64,000 bases of DNA from Phaeosaccion multiseriatum (lineage: Eukaryota > Protista > Ochrophyta, other classes). Where the stretch lies: NCBI GenBank assembly GCA_965112735.1, contig OZ218959.1:3381102-3445101 (forward strand), read 5' to 3'. Positions 24,958-37,351 of this stretch are shown here, one piece after another. The notes under the pieces are model-generated. The model worked only from the letters and a program-made list of their open reading frames with translations, searched no databases and had not been told where the DNA came from. The translations under genes and the position numbers were made by a program. Position 1 is the stretch's first letter. Each line of letters begins with the position of its first letter.

Positions 24958-26777
24958 ATGGCCGAGGACTTGGAAGCACAGGTGCTTGGGGGCAATTTTG
25001 TGACTCTGGAGCTTCCTGTTTCAGTGAATAGCTCCGACAAGGCTTTGAAACTAGTGGGGGGCTTGGAAGCGGTGGGGGATGCCGTTCGGGGGCAGAAGGC
25101 GCTGGGTCTGCACTTTCCCTCCCCGGAGTCCTCCTCGATGTCCCGGTGCACGCCTGTAGTGTCCTGCACTGAGACTGATTTTGGGGGAGAGCGCTGTTTG
25201 GTTAGGGTCAGGAGATTGAAGCGCCGCCGAGGCGCGGTGGAGGCTGTCGTGATGGGCAAGGTTGACGCCGCCATTAGCTTCACCTCCCCAGCGGACTTTC
25301 AGTTCACGTCCTCTTCGAAGAGGGTCGAGGCGGACCGGGAGAGTTCCACAGCTGACGAATCGCACCCGCAGCCGCAGCCGCAGCCGCTAGGAGATGGCCA
25401 ACAACTCTTGCTGGACATTCTGCCTCCAAACTATTTCCTGCCCCCATCCAGGCAACCCATCTCGTACAGATTCGTCCAGCGAGAGCAGGTCAGCAGTTGC
25501 GTTGATTAAAACTATGCTTGCTTTCTTGCTTGACAAAGGAAGAGAATGAAAAACAACCTGTCACTCCTCCTCCTTGTCGCAGAAAAAACCCCCGGCCAAG
25601 AAAAGCGGGGGACTGGGCGTTGTTGTTGTCGGGTTTGGCGAAGTCCCGCAGCAAAGGGATGAAGCTAAGGCGCTCATTCGGAATGCGCAAGAGTGGCAAA
25701 AGAAGGAGATGCTGCAGCAATCTGAGTCGAGCGGGGGCACCACCGGCAGGCCCAACGCTGCCCAGGCGACGACGAGGAGGTACAGCGTGCTCCTGAAGCT
25801 GGACGAGATCTTTCAAGAGAAGCCTATGTGGAAGCAGCACGAGGTCATTGCGGCGTTCCCAGGTTAGTATGTTTACGGCTCTGGAGTTCCCGCCACTTTC
25901 CACGCCAACATCCACCTGCTTGACGTGTGTAAACAAACCAGGGAACATGCGCTATATCGTGGTGGAAATGATCCATGCGGTGGCCTACTACGCTTCCAAC
26001 GGCCCCTGGAGGTCTTACTGGATCAGGTTCGGCTACGACCCCGCTTCGGACCCCCAGACACGTTTCCTGCAAGTGCTAGAGTACAGGGTATCCAGCAACC
26101 AGTTGAGCGTGTGGCGGGCTCGCATCAGCTCGAGGAGGCAAGGGCAAGAAGGCGAAGGGACCGACGACGTGTGCGTCTTTGGACACGCGCTCCGTGTACA
26201 GAACCGGCTCATCTTTAACACGCTGGTGGACGCCCAAATACAGGTAAGACGTTTGTGCCGAGTCCGCCCTTATGTGGAGGTTGGCTGATACCGCCATCGC
26301 CGTTGTGTGGGCCGCAACAGGAAATGCTTCTGCAAGCGCCTCGCCTCAAGACCCCTCACCCCAAGACCGGGTGGTTCACGGCGCAGTTCATTGCTCAGCT
26401 TCGATCGGTAAGTCGCGTCTCGTAGACTTATTCCCCTTGTGGTGGGCGCAGCACAAAGAATATTAAAGCTGTTCTTGGGTTGGGCCGCCTCCCCCCCCTC
26501 TTCTCGCGCAGGAATTGGAAGCCTGCATTGATGCACTGACGAAGGGAAGGGCGCCGTCACAGGCCTTGACCCCGACCGAATTTCTCGAAAAGGCGCAGAG
26601 AGAGGGCAAGAATGTGCCGGTGGTTCCGGGGGCGCAGTCGGGAATTCGCATCAGAAGGGGCAACACGGGCACGGAGCAGCCAGGCAGATGGACCGTTACG
26701 CACACGCGGGGCAGCGGCCAAGCGTTCCCTCCCCACCAATCGCGCGCTCCCGCTAAGCGCCAGCAGCAGCAGGATCT

Positions 26778-26825
<48 letters not shown>

Positions 26826-27177
26826 GGAGCAGCAGAGCAGGAAGCGGGTGCGAGGCAGTCGGGGAGGCTCGGCGGCCGCAAGAAGAGCAGCGGCAGGAGG
26901 AGGGGCTTCCAGCAGCGGTGCCAGAGCAGCCGTGACGAGTCTGCAGAGCGACCACCTCACAAAGAGCGGACTTTTCCCAAGCTCCGACTTGCTGGGGGAG
27001 AAGCTTGGAGGCATGATGCACCACCTACAGCAACCCCCGACGCTGACAGGGGATGGGGACGAGGCCGAGAAGCTCGCTGCGGAGGGACAGGAGGAGGACG
27101 AAGAAGAGGAGGAAGAAGAGGACGAGGAGGACGACGACGACGAGGAGGAGGACGAAGAAGAGGAAGAAGAAGACTAG
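24958..27177 (+). CDS. GTF3C5: RNA polymerase III transcription factor IIIC subunit 5 (tau95/Tfc1), ~5 exons
   Basis: LELPVSVNSSDKALKLVGG, FTSPADFQF, IFQEKPMW, YYASNGPWRSYWIRFGYDP; acidic C-terminal tail. Confidence 0.88.
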
Positions 27178-27254
27178 CAACAGCATCTAAAAAGTCTATA
27201 TTTTTACCCAACCCCCCCGATTACGATACAATAACTGCTGAAAAATGCCGTCCT

Positions 27255-27823
27255 CTAAATCATGTCCTCTGTGGGCAAGTTTAATACTGTTGCGACCGCC
27301 ACGACCAGTGCCACGGCAAGGAGACCTGTTTACGGAGGCAAGAGAGGGGGGAGGGCGTCAGAGACGTGTGACACCTTGCCTGCGTCTCACAGACCACACA
27401 ATTCGACTCACCTCCACCGATAATCAGCTTGTTGTCCGCCCTCTCCTCTACTTCGCCCTCCACCTTGAGCTCGGGCTCTACGCTCCACACGTTCGTCTTA
27501 CCGTCCTGGTCGCGGAACGAGCCAAAGCGAACGTTTTTGTTTGGCGAGAAGAAGCCATCTGAACCAAAATCGGCGTTTGTGGGACTCGCTTCGCCCTCGG
27601 TAGCAACAGCTTGGGTCTCCGTCTCTGCCTCCGCCCCCCCCTCGCTCATCCTCCGGGATATCCGCTGCGCTCCGTTCTGGTGTGCCCTCGCAGAAACTCG
27701 CTGATGCGCCCGAGAGAGCAGCACGCGGGAGCTCGCTGGAGGTGAAAGCACTGTGAAAGCCGCGGCAGTAGAAAGCAGCAGAAGGAGGAGCATACTCACG
27801 CTCGAGGCACCCATCATTGTCAT
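27255..27823 (-). CDS. Small plastid-targeted single-pass (probably thylakoid) protein, 2 exons
   Basis: Signal peptide ending AAA-F plus a transit-like region; motif RDQDGKTNVWSVEP; spliced C-terminal TM IIGGGLLAVALVVAVATVLNLP. Confidence 0.75.
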
Positions 27824-28061
27824 TATACTAAAGAGGAGGGAGTAGAGAAAGGCAGTGAAGGACGAGAGTGTGTGAAGACGCTTCCAAGAGGACGCTTCCA
27901 AGAGGTGTGAGATTTTGGTGGTGTTTCCCCACCAGCACACAAAGAGAGTGGTTGCCAGCATACGTATGCAGGCCGTGAACTGCCATTTTACTTTTACCAG
28001 GCAATCCTTTGAAGCATCGACTGTTTCTCCGAGGGAATGTCGCCCTCGTGAGGCTGCCGGG

Positions 28062-30169
28062 ATGGATCTCCCAAACCCTTACGTTGGCGGCCGTGCGCCA
28101 CAACGCAGCCTTCTGAGGAGATGTCTGAAGTGCGTGGGGACTGGGCTGTGCTTGCCTGTTTTCTGCTTTGTGGGCTGTTTGAGCTGTACCGGGAATAGCC
28201 TGGCGGGAAAGAGGGGGAGGAAGCGCCAAGTGAAGGCTGTGCTCTCAATACTGGGCCTGCTTTTCGTGTATCAGCTCCTTGCTGAGACAAACCTGTCGCA
28301 CGACAAGGTGGCGACCATGATCGACTTCTGGAATGCGAAGGTGAGGGAGGGAGGGTGGAGGTGACCGGCGACCCCCCATTTCCGTACACATGAGCTCCTG
28401 AATAGCTCACCAGGGAGGTGCAAGGTGCAGGGAGCGGCAACTCGCCATTTTGCTTACACACCAGCACATGAATACCTCACTATCTGAAGCGGTGCTTTGT
28501 TGTTCTGTACTTCTGCGGAACGGCGCTGGCAGAGTGCCCAGTATGACCAGCCCTTGGTGGAGCACTGCACGCCCGACCAGGAGTACAACGAGCCGTCGAC
28601 GGCTGTGGCCATTCTGGGCCTTGGTGTCATGGCTAGCCAGCTCAAGTGCGAGGCTGCCGTGGAATCGCTGGGCAAGATTGGAGGCTGGACGGTGAGTGGG
28701 AATTTTTCTACTAAATGCCCCGTCGACCAAACCCGAAACCCAGGGAAGCGTGTATCTCTTCAATTCTCTACTAAATGCCCCATCGACGAAACCCGCAAAC
28801 CAGGGAAGAGTGTATCTCTTCACGGATAAAGAGGACTGCTACGACGTGGAAAAGATGAAGAAGCTTGGGGGCAACGACTTACGCATTGTGGGCATTAGTG
28901 GGGATTATAGTGGGGCTTTCGCAATGCCTTCTCTCTCGGGCACCAAGGGAAATCGCCTGAGAGCCAAGCTGCTGAAGAGTCGGCTTTTCAAGGAAATTGA
29001 CGACCCCGCGGTTGAGCAGCTCTTGTATATGGACTGCGACGAGGTGCTTGCACAGACGGGCTGTGCCAAGCCGATGATGGAGGAGATGTTCGGGGGCTGG
29101 TCGGACAGGTGAGACGGCTGCAACCAGCTGCAACCACGGAATGTACTTGGCGACTTGGTTTTCCGTTGCCTGACGGACCTTGCCTCTGCCCTTCCACCAC
29201 CCCCCCTCGCTGCAGCGAGAATATTCGATTTCGCATCACGAGGACGAGTGAGCAAATCGGGGGTCCAGACATGGCCCACCACTTCGACGAGGCCATACAG
29301 GCCCAGTTCGATAACCCCTTCTTTATGATTCACGCAGGCTTCTTCGCAGCCAAAAGGGATAAGGTACACAGTGTGTGAGGGGCGCATCACTTTTCTTGGT
29401 CGATCCTCTCACTTTGCCTTTTGCTGTGCTTGTCGTTGCGTTGACACGAAAAGTCCTGGAAGGCCTTGGAGGAGTGGGAGAAGGAGCTCTCTACCATGAA
29501 GTACGCGGCAGACCGGATGGCCTTCGTGACCGCCATGCGAAACGTCCAAGCCGCGTCCAAAGCCAACCACACGGAGAATCACATGCAGGTGGGTCGGACA
29601 TGGGCACACCTGGTTGACCCCTACACGCTTTACTTGCGGATGGCACGCTGTTGTTGCTCATAAGTGATCGCGCGCGATTCTCTCCCCCTCCCCCCCAAAA
29701 GTGGCCCTAGAAACTGACTGATGATGTGCCTACCCTCTTTCTCTTTGTCCTCCTCGTCGGCTGGCAGATCGGGTCGTGGAAAACAGGCTGGGAGAAGTTC
29801 GCAGACGCAAGAAGTCCGCATCTGCCCTGTGTGGTTCATGTGTCCCACAAGAGGTAGGCCATTGTGTGAAGTGTGAAATGCGGGCACCTTAGGGGACGCT
29901 CACATCTAGTATCCTGACGTAAGCCTACCATCGAATATTGGCTTTCAAAAGCGGTTCATACATTTCAACCCCCCCCCCCCCTTTCCTCACACAGGTGCCT
30001 CTGGCAAGGAAGGAAAAACGTCCAGAGCATTATCGACCGCTTAGGCCTAGAGACCTACAAGCAGGAGGATGGCACTACGCTCAACTATTGCGAGAGCCTT
30101 CTCACCTACCCCTTCACTCTCGGTTGGGTGCCCTACAAATCATGTCGAAAAATAGAGACATGGGTTTGA
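28062..30169 (+). CDS. Putative type II membrane glycosyltransferase (GT-A-like, DxD), multi-exon
   Basis: N-terminal TM (AVLSILGLLFVYQLL), VYLFTD, LLYMDCD (DxD), IHAGFF; exons splice in frame to a stop at 30169. Confidence 0.6.
28702..28821 (+). repeat. 60-bp tandem duplication spanning a splice acceptor
   Basis: ...tctactaaatgccc(c/a)..cgac.aaacccg.aa.ccagggaag.gtgtatctcttca occurs twice at a 60-bp offset. Confidence 0.9.
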
Positions 30170-30711
30170 ACCCCCCCCCCAAAATGGTCACAGCCATATG
30201 TTGTAACATGCGAGAGATAGACTGTAGCAGCCCTTTCCACCCTCGACTCCTAGGCGCGGAAAGGAGGCCGAACGGGTCACATCACAGATAGGATGGCACT
30301 TTACGGCGGGTGGACGGCAGCCGATGGCGACCCCACTTTTGCCTCAACAAAACCCCTCACTGAATCCAATCCAGCGGCAGCCGCGAAGGCGAGCAAGGCG
30401 CTGCGGCACCAGCCTCAGCATCAAGCGCAGCAGCACGGCAGGTAGTAAGGAAGGGAGGGGGAAGGGAAGTGCAAACCCTCAAGGAAGCCGAAAGGACTAC
30501 GGAAGGGGGGGAAGGGACGTGCCAAAAATATATAACTAAGGTCTTCCCTGCCTCTTTCTCGCCCTCTACATGCTACTTCTCTTTGTCTTGATCTGTGGTG
30601 CATTTCCCTGGATTGGGCGCGAATTTTCCCAGACGGAGAGTAACAGAGAAGCAGCGGAAGCGGCAGCGGCGACGAGGCGGACGAGGGCAGGCAAAGCAGC
30701 AATCCCCTTTG

Positions 30712-32903
30712 ATGGAAGCCAACAAGTCAGCTGAGGGAGGAGAGGCCGTAGCGGTAGGAGCTCCACAGCCTTTGGACAATGCGCCTGCTCCGGCTGTTCC
30801 CGCTGCTGCAGTGCAGTCAGCTGAGGGGGGAGAGGCCATAGCGTCTCCGCAATCTGCGGCTGCTCCGCCCACCGATGATAAGGATGAGACTTCTCCGGCT
30901 GCGGATGATTCACCCTCGCCCCTCTCTCTCGATTACTGGATGGGAAATAGCAATGACGATGACCACACAAGCGTGGTGTACGATAGGTACATTACGAGCG
31001 CCAACCGCGCACTGACGAGATCAACCTCACACCCACTCTCAGCAGAGCATAAGGAGGAGCTGTATCGCTCACTCCGCGGGGGTAGCTTGTTCAAGTTTTG
31101 TAGCGAAGACTCCATCGAGAGGGTGGCAAAGAAGATGAAGCGAGTGCCTTTCCAGCAGGGCGATGTTCTCATGGAGCAAGGAGAGCCGCAGGCACGTGTC
31201 TTTCTCATCGCCAAGGGCTCCGTGAGTCGCTTGAGGTATATAAACGATCAGCTACATCAAGTAGAGACCATCGCTTCTGCGCCAGAGCATCGGGGAATGT
31301 TCGGAGCTCTCCACGTGTTGCGGCAAGAGCCAACCTACGCCACGGCCCTCGCGGAGACAGACGGCGTGGCTTACACACTCGACTCGAAGCACTTTCACAC
31401 TATGCTTGAAGAGGATTCTGTGCTGGCCAAAGAGGTGAGGGAGGGAGAGTTTTCTCTTGGCGGTGGTGCAGGGGTGTGCCCTCTTTGTGATACTGCTTAC
31501 TACCCTGTCCTCCCTTGCTGTCAGAGTTTCGGAAAGAGATGTGCCTTTTCATAAATACTGCAGTCAGAACCATTACGGCTTGTCTTAACGTAATTTGAAA
31601 CGGGCTCCTGACTTGACTGAGTGCAGGTCATCTACTCGCTGTCCAAGGAGATATTTCGTATGTCCAAGTTGAGGACTCCGCTGCTGGAACAGGACCCCAA
31701 GCCCAACAACGTCATCGCAACGTCCATCGGAGCAATCATAGAGAGCTATTACAGAAGCGGTAAGAAAGGCCCCCTTTCAGCATCGTATTTCGTAGCAAAC
31801 ATCAGCTGTACCTCATCCCTCTCTCTCCCCGTTGGAAACAGGTCTCAATGCCCTGCTTAACGCAGCGTTGACGGGAAGTCGGCCAGCTGCCCTCTTTCCA
31901 AACTTTCACATCCAGATTCCCTCCCGCGTTCTCTACATCAACGGCTTCAAGACTGTGCGGCAGTACCTCACAGAGAATGTGGACCCCACCTCCTTTGCCT
32001 ACCCGACCGCCACTCGTTTGGGCTTGACGTGCGTCCCAGGCCTCTGCATGACCCCGGTTAGGTGCGTAGCTGCTGTGTGCTGCTGAGCTCCCCTCCTCCC
32101 ACGTGTGTGTGGGGAGCTTGGCTGAAAGGGACGCAAGCTGTTGTGACGTACAGGTTTTGCATGTCCCACCTCACCACCGAGTCCCTTGGATATAGCCCTC
32201 CCCAACATGGCTCTTCTTTCTCTCTCTTGATACTCTTGTGCAGCTCGGTGCTGGAGGCATGCAATGCCGATCACATGAACTCGGAGCCGCTCCTCCGGCG
32301 CATCACCCGCGGCCTCTTGCCACGGTCTCTTCGAGAGGTGATTTTCGGTATCGGCATCAATCAGCTTTCAGACGCCTGCGAGGAGCGAGTGGCCTACATC
32401 GAGAACGCCTTTATGCGGACAGCGGTGGGCTCCATGACGGCAGGCAGCATCGCGGGCTACCTGAGCCACATTCCGCACAACCTGTCCACGCTCAAGCTGC
32501 TACAGCCCCACCGCTCCTACGGGGACATATTGCGCAAGATGGTGGACGACAACATGAAGGTGAGACAGGCTTTTGTTATTTTTCTATATTGTTTTATTGT
32601 ACTTAAAAGACAGTCATTCTAAGGCTATAAACGGATGCCTGACTCCTTCTGCTGCGTCGTTCGCTTCTTATCCACCAGTCCGCCCCCGAGGAGTGGATGC
32701 CGGGACCCCGACGAATGAGCGCCGCCTTTGTGACCTTCTTTCTACCCAAGGGGTGCCTGCTTCGCACGGCCCAAATATGTGGTAGCTTCATGATTATTAA
32801 TGGGGCTATCAACATCTTCGCTGCCACGTCGGACTCGCTCGGTGTGGAGCCAGAAAAGAGGCCACTCCGCAGACGGGAAGTGGAGGCGACCAAGCGGCTA
32901 TGA
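30712..32903 (+). CDS. Cyclic-nucleotide-binding domain fused to a divergent mitochondrial-carrier-like membrane domain, ~5 exons
   Basis: cNMP motifs LFKFCS..IERVAKKM..FQQGDVLMEQGE..FLIAKGSV..FGALHVL..YATALA; then hydrophobic helices with carrier-like spacing (GLCMTP.SSVLE, RGLLPRSLREVIFG, AGSIAGYLSHIPH, KGCLLRTAQI). Confidence 0.7.
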
Positions 32904-33022
32904 CCCCACGAATCAAGGCAACGTAAAACAAGTCGTGTTCACTACAAAATAAACAGATAGAGCGATGTGTACTTAGAGGAAGTGCCACATCGTGTGATGT
33001 GCCCTCATTTGGTGTTAAGTCC

Positions 33023-34575
33023 TCAGAGCTTGACGGGTTGGCCTGACGCGGAGGAGTCCTTGCAAGCCTTGCCGATGATGTACGCAGCCATGCCGTCGGC
33101 AACCCCCACAGGCACCGGCGTGTCGTTCTACAGGTAATGGTACAAGGGGTGAGGCCATGCGTCATTGTTGTTGTTGTTGTCTCCGTTTCGCAAGATACGC
33201 ATACAAGACTCACCTGGCAGCAGTCCACAAAGGTCTCCATCTCGCGGCTGTAGGCGGCGGCGTAGCGGTCCATGAAGAAGGACATGGGCTTGTCAGCCGA
33301 CACGGCGGTGTCGTTGAACACCTGAGGGAGAGAGAGCACAAGGAGGGGGGGGGGCTTGTTAAGGGCGGTTCGTTGGTGGGAGGGTTTCCCTTGTGGGGGG
33401 GGGAGTGGAGTACCTGGCACGAGTTCTCGTGGCGGTTGTTGCTCTGGATCATCCCGCCGCTGCCAAATACCTGAGGGCGAAAGCGCAGCACACAAGATTA
33501 GTTTCATAGAGCACCACAAGACCGTGTATTGTACGAAAGCAAGCACACTGAGACTTTCCACCCACCTCCACACGCTGGTCGTAGCCGTAGACCGCCTTTC
33601 GGCTGTTGTCCACAGTGACCACCACTCCGTTCTTGAATGTCAGCACCGCCAGCGAAGAGTCAATGTCTCCGGCCTCCCCGATCTCCGGGTCCACCTTGCA
33701 TGACCCTACGCAGAACACAGATTCCACTTCGTCGCCCACGAGGAAGCGAGCAATATCAAAGTCATGCACCGCCATGTCGTTGTGCAGCCCGCCTGACACC
33801 TTCACGTAGGCAATTGGGGGCGGCCCGGGGTCCCGGGACACAATGTGCACGCGGTGCATCTCCCCCACCTCTCCGTCGGCGATGCCCTTCTTGACCCGCA
33901 TAAAGTTGCTGTCGAAGCGGCGGTTGAAGGCCACAAAACACTTCACCCCGGTGGCGTCCACCTTTGGATCGGGGGGGACATACAGAGAAAATGCGGCAAT
34001 TGAGTGAAGCGCTCACAGACTTTCCTCGGTGCTGAGTAGCGCGTTCGGTACCCACCTTCGCTTTGACCGATTCGATGATCTTCAGGTCGAGGGAGATGGG
34101 TTTCTCGCAAAAGATGGCCTGATAGAAGAAGCAAGGCACAATTCGTTTGTCAAAGCTCTGTGCGTACTACACACCATGTACGTGCGTGTGGCTGCTGCCC
34201 TGCTGTCTGAGGAGGCCTCCACCCTGCCAGCTTACCTTGCCCGCATCAGCCGCGGCCATGATCTGCTCGGCGTGTTGGTCTGTGGGCGCGTCAGAGGGCG
34301 GAGAAGGGTGTGAGCTTAGCGCGTGGGCAATGAAGGCATGCCTAAATAAGCCCTTCGCGTACCCGTTGGTGAGCAGATGATCACTGCGTCCACCTCTGGG
34401 TCGTTGATGAGCTCGAGAGGGTCCTTCGTTGTCTGTACCAGGAAAAACAAGGGGGGGCGGGGCTGTCAGATGAATTCGTGGACTTGCCCATGCCCTCCTC
34501 GCTCTCGATATAGTCGTGTGAGTATCGTGCGAGCCTGAGAGGAGGGGGAAGCACCTGTCCCAGTGAATATGGTCT

Positions 34576-34614
<39 letters not shown>

Positions 34615-35202
34615 GCGTGTGTCTGTGCGTGTGTGAGGGGCGGAGCTCTTGCGCTCATCGCTCTCAATGTCAGCATTGTGCGAGTCTTGGAGAGAGGAAG
34701 CACATATCCTGCGGCCTGCCCCAGCTGAAATGGATGAGGTGTCCAGCTCTATGCTCGACACTTACCTTGGGGATGCTGTACATCTTGGACACCTTCTCGA
34801 GGGCAGGCTCATACACGTCGCAGATCATGTGCACCACCGCCTGGGACACAGCACGTGGAGAGACGGCAGGTAGGCAAGTCGCATGGGTTTGGGACAAGGT
34901 GCTCTGCCCCCGAGAGGGGCGCTACACGGGGCACGCCGAGAGACGTCTCACCTTGGTGGGCAGCGAAGCTGCAGGAGGATGAGGCAGGACGAGAGGCGGG
35001 CAGTCCCGAGTTAGTTCAGGGGCAGAGGGGGGGGGGGGGGACTTCAGCGTCGCCCAGAGGGGGCGGGAGAGGCAGGTGGGTTCAAGAAGACAACAAAGAT
35101 TCCCTGACTGAGCAAGATCTTACCGACTGAGGCACAGTGGCATTGGCCGATCCGGCCAACTCCGATGATGCCGACCTTCAGGAGGGGGGGGGAAGAAGCC
35201 AT
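33023..35202 (-). CDS. iolG: Myo-inositol 2-dehydrogenase (Gfo/Idh/MocA family), multi-exon
   Basis: KVGIIGVGRIG, PTDQHAE, IFCEKPI, AFNRRFD, SRDPGPPP..Y..SGG...DMAVHDFD, NSRKAVYGYDQRVEV, FFMDRYAAAY. Confidence 0.92.
34579..34634. repeat. Intronic (GT)n microsatellite
   Basis: Visible gtgtgt run. Confidence 0.85.
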
Positions 35203-35420
35203 TGTCTCAAAGGGGTGGGGTTGTGAAGAGGCTTGAGCAAGAGAAGAAAAAAAGTCCACGTAGAGCTCTCCTCCCCCTTCAACTTGTTCATGTCGAGGTG
35301 CTCGATAAAAAAATCGATGTGGCGGTTATCGACTCGCTCAAGTTGTTCTACCCAACATCTTTGTGTGTGTGTTGGCTGTGCTGCTCGCCGCTGCCTGCTG
35401 CTGCTTGCTGCTACTGCTAC

Positions 35421-35456
<36 letters not shown>

Positions 35457-35566
35457 GCTGTGCTTCAGCTGGCGCTGCCCCGGGCGTCGGGACTACCATA
35501 CGACGTGAAAAACTGTTAGTGATTTCCACCCCGGCGCCCGAGTTGGCTTCTTGGTAGCATCGAAAC

Positions 35567-37313
35567 ATGTTCAAGGCGCTGTCGAGGAACATCTCAAAGG
35601 TACTGGTTGATCTCTGCGTCAGAAACCTGCGCCTGGTGTTTGGTTACAGCCCCTGTGTCGGGAAGAAACCAAGACCATAACCATCCTCCCGGCCGTGCCT
35701 CGTGTGTTCTCTTCTCTCTCGCGGCGTCCTCTCAGCTCGGGGGCGGCAAAGGAGATGGAGATGACGATAGGTCAGAGTTCTCCCCTCGTACCCGAACACG
35801 GTTCGGGCTAGATGATTTCGACGTCATGGAAACTCTCGGTGAGTGAGTGCCTTCTCCTTTGCACTGGAGCAATAGGATTATTGAGTACGTAGCAGCGGTC
35901 TTGGGCCTCGAGTGAGCGAGTCGGAGCACTAGAGGTCTCCTGAGGCAGCAAAAATTGGGTTGGCTTCGGTAGAGACCCGCTGCCTATCCCCACCTGCTGA
36001 CTGGATGATGATGATCGAATGTTCCCCGCTCGTGCCGTGTGTGGGTGCAACACAAACGTCTGTCCTCTCCTTCCAGGGACGGGCACCTTCGGGCGGGTTA
36101 GGCTGGTTCGCCACCTTAACAACGGCAAATATTACGCATTGAAGATATCCAAGAAGGTGGGTTGCATGTGGCCCCCCTGGTGTGGTAGGGCTTCCGGGAC
36201 TCAACACGCCTCTCTTCTTCTCTCACTGGCTGGCGCTCACGCAGGCCGCCATCATTCGAATGAAGCAAGTGGAGCACATCAAGAACGAGGTGTCCCTGCT
36301 AAGCAGCATCGAGCATCCCGCGATTGTGAACATGTACGTGAGGGGGGGTATTTGGGAGCGGCATGACAAGCATTGTGCACGAACGGCCCTCTGACGGACC
36401 ACCTCTCTACCTCCCACCGACAGGTTCGGGCACTTTATGGATGCGACCAAGCTGTACCTGGTGATGGAGTTTGTTGATGGGGGTGAACTCTTCTCTCACC
36501 TACGTGCCGCTGTCAGGTGAGAGGCAGCACGATGGAGGCGTTTTGGGCCCTCCACGTGTGTCTGACTCCTCGTCCGCCCTGCCTTTATCAGGTTCCCCGA
36601 TCACCAGGGAAAGATCTACACGGCAGAGATCGTGCTGGCCTTTACCTATCTCCACAGCCTTAATATTGTTTACCGAGACCTCAAACCAGAGGTGGGTGGG
36701 TGGGTCCTCGTACCGGGCTTTTGTCTTCTTTCGAGAAAGAGGTCTCGTGTCCAACCCTCTTTTCCCCTCCTCCACTTGCGTCGCCCAGAACCTGCTCATT
36801 ACGCGGCAAGGACGGATCAAGGTAACAGATTTTGGCTTCGCCAAGGTCGTAGAAGACAGGTAGGTCTACAGTCTACACGGTAGAAGAAGGGCTCGACAAG
36901 GCGGTATACCACCACCGCCGCAAGTAACCCGCGTGCCTGCCTGCCATTGTGACTTGCCCGTGCACAGGACTTGGACGCTATGCGGGACTCCAGAGTACCT
37001 GGCGCCAGAGATCATTCAGGTTGGTCCTCAAACCAAAGGCAACGAACTGACTCTGTGTAGCACATTGCGGACCGTCTGCTAACCTCCTTCCTTCTCTATT
37101 TCCTCACCGCCCTACCAGAGTAAAGGGCACGGCAAGAGCGTGGACTGGTGGGCGCTTGGAGTGCTCATCCATGAGGTGCGTCGCTGGCTGAAGCAAGCCC
37201 TCCCCTCCGGTCGCCTGTGCCAGTCACCGTGTGTGTTTGAGAGAGCAAGTGCTCACACGGTGAGGGACCTTTGTGGACAAGACCGTTTGGAATTGAAGCC
37301 CCCCCCCCCCGCC

Positions 37314-37351
<38 letters not shown>

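Noticed and set aside
30720-30845. Short duplication encoding SAEGGEA twice
   Set aside because: An ordinary low-complexity N-terminal linker duplication.
33023-35202. Bacterial contamination or recent HGT for iolG (and rimM at 42233-43684)
   Set aside because: Both have multiple spliceosomal introns and host-like composition; RimM has an organelle-targeting-like extension.
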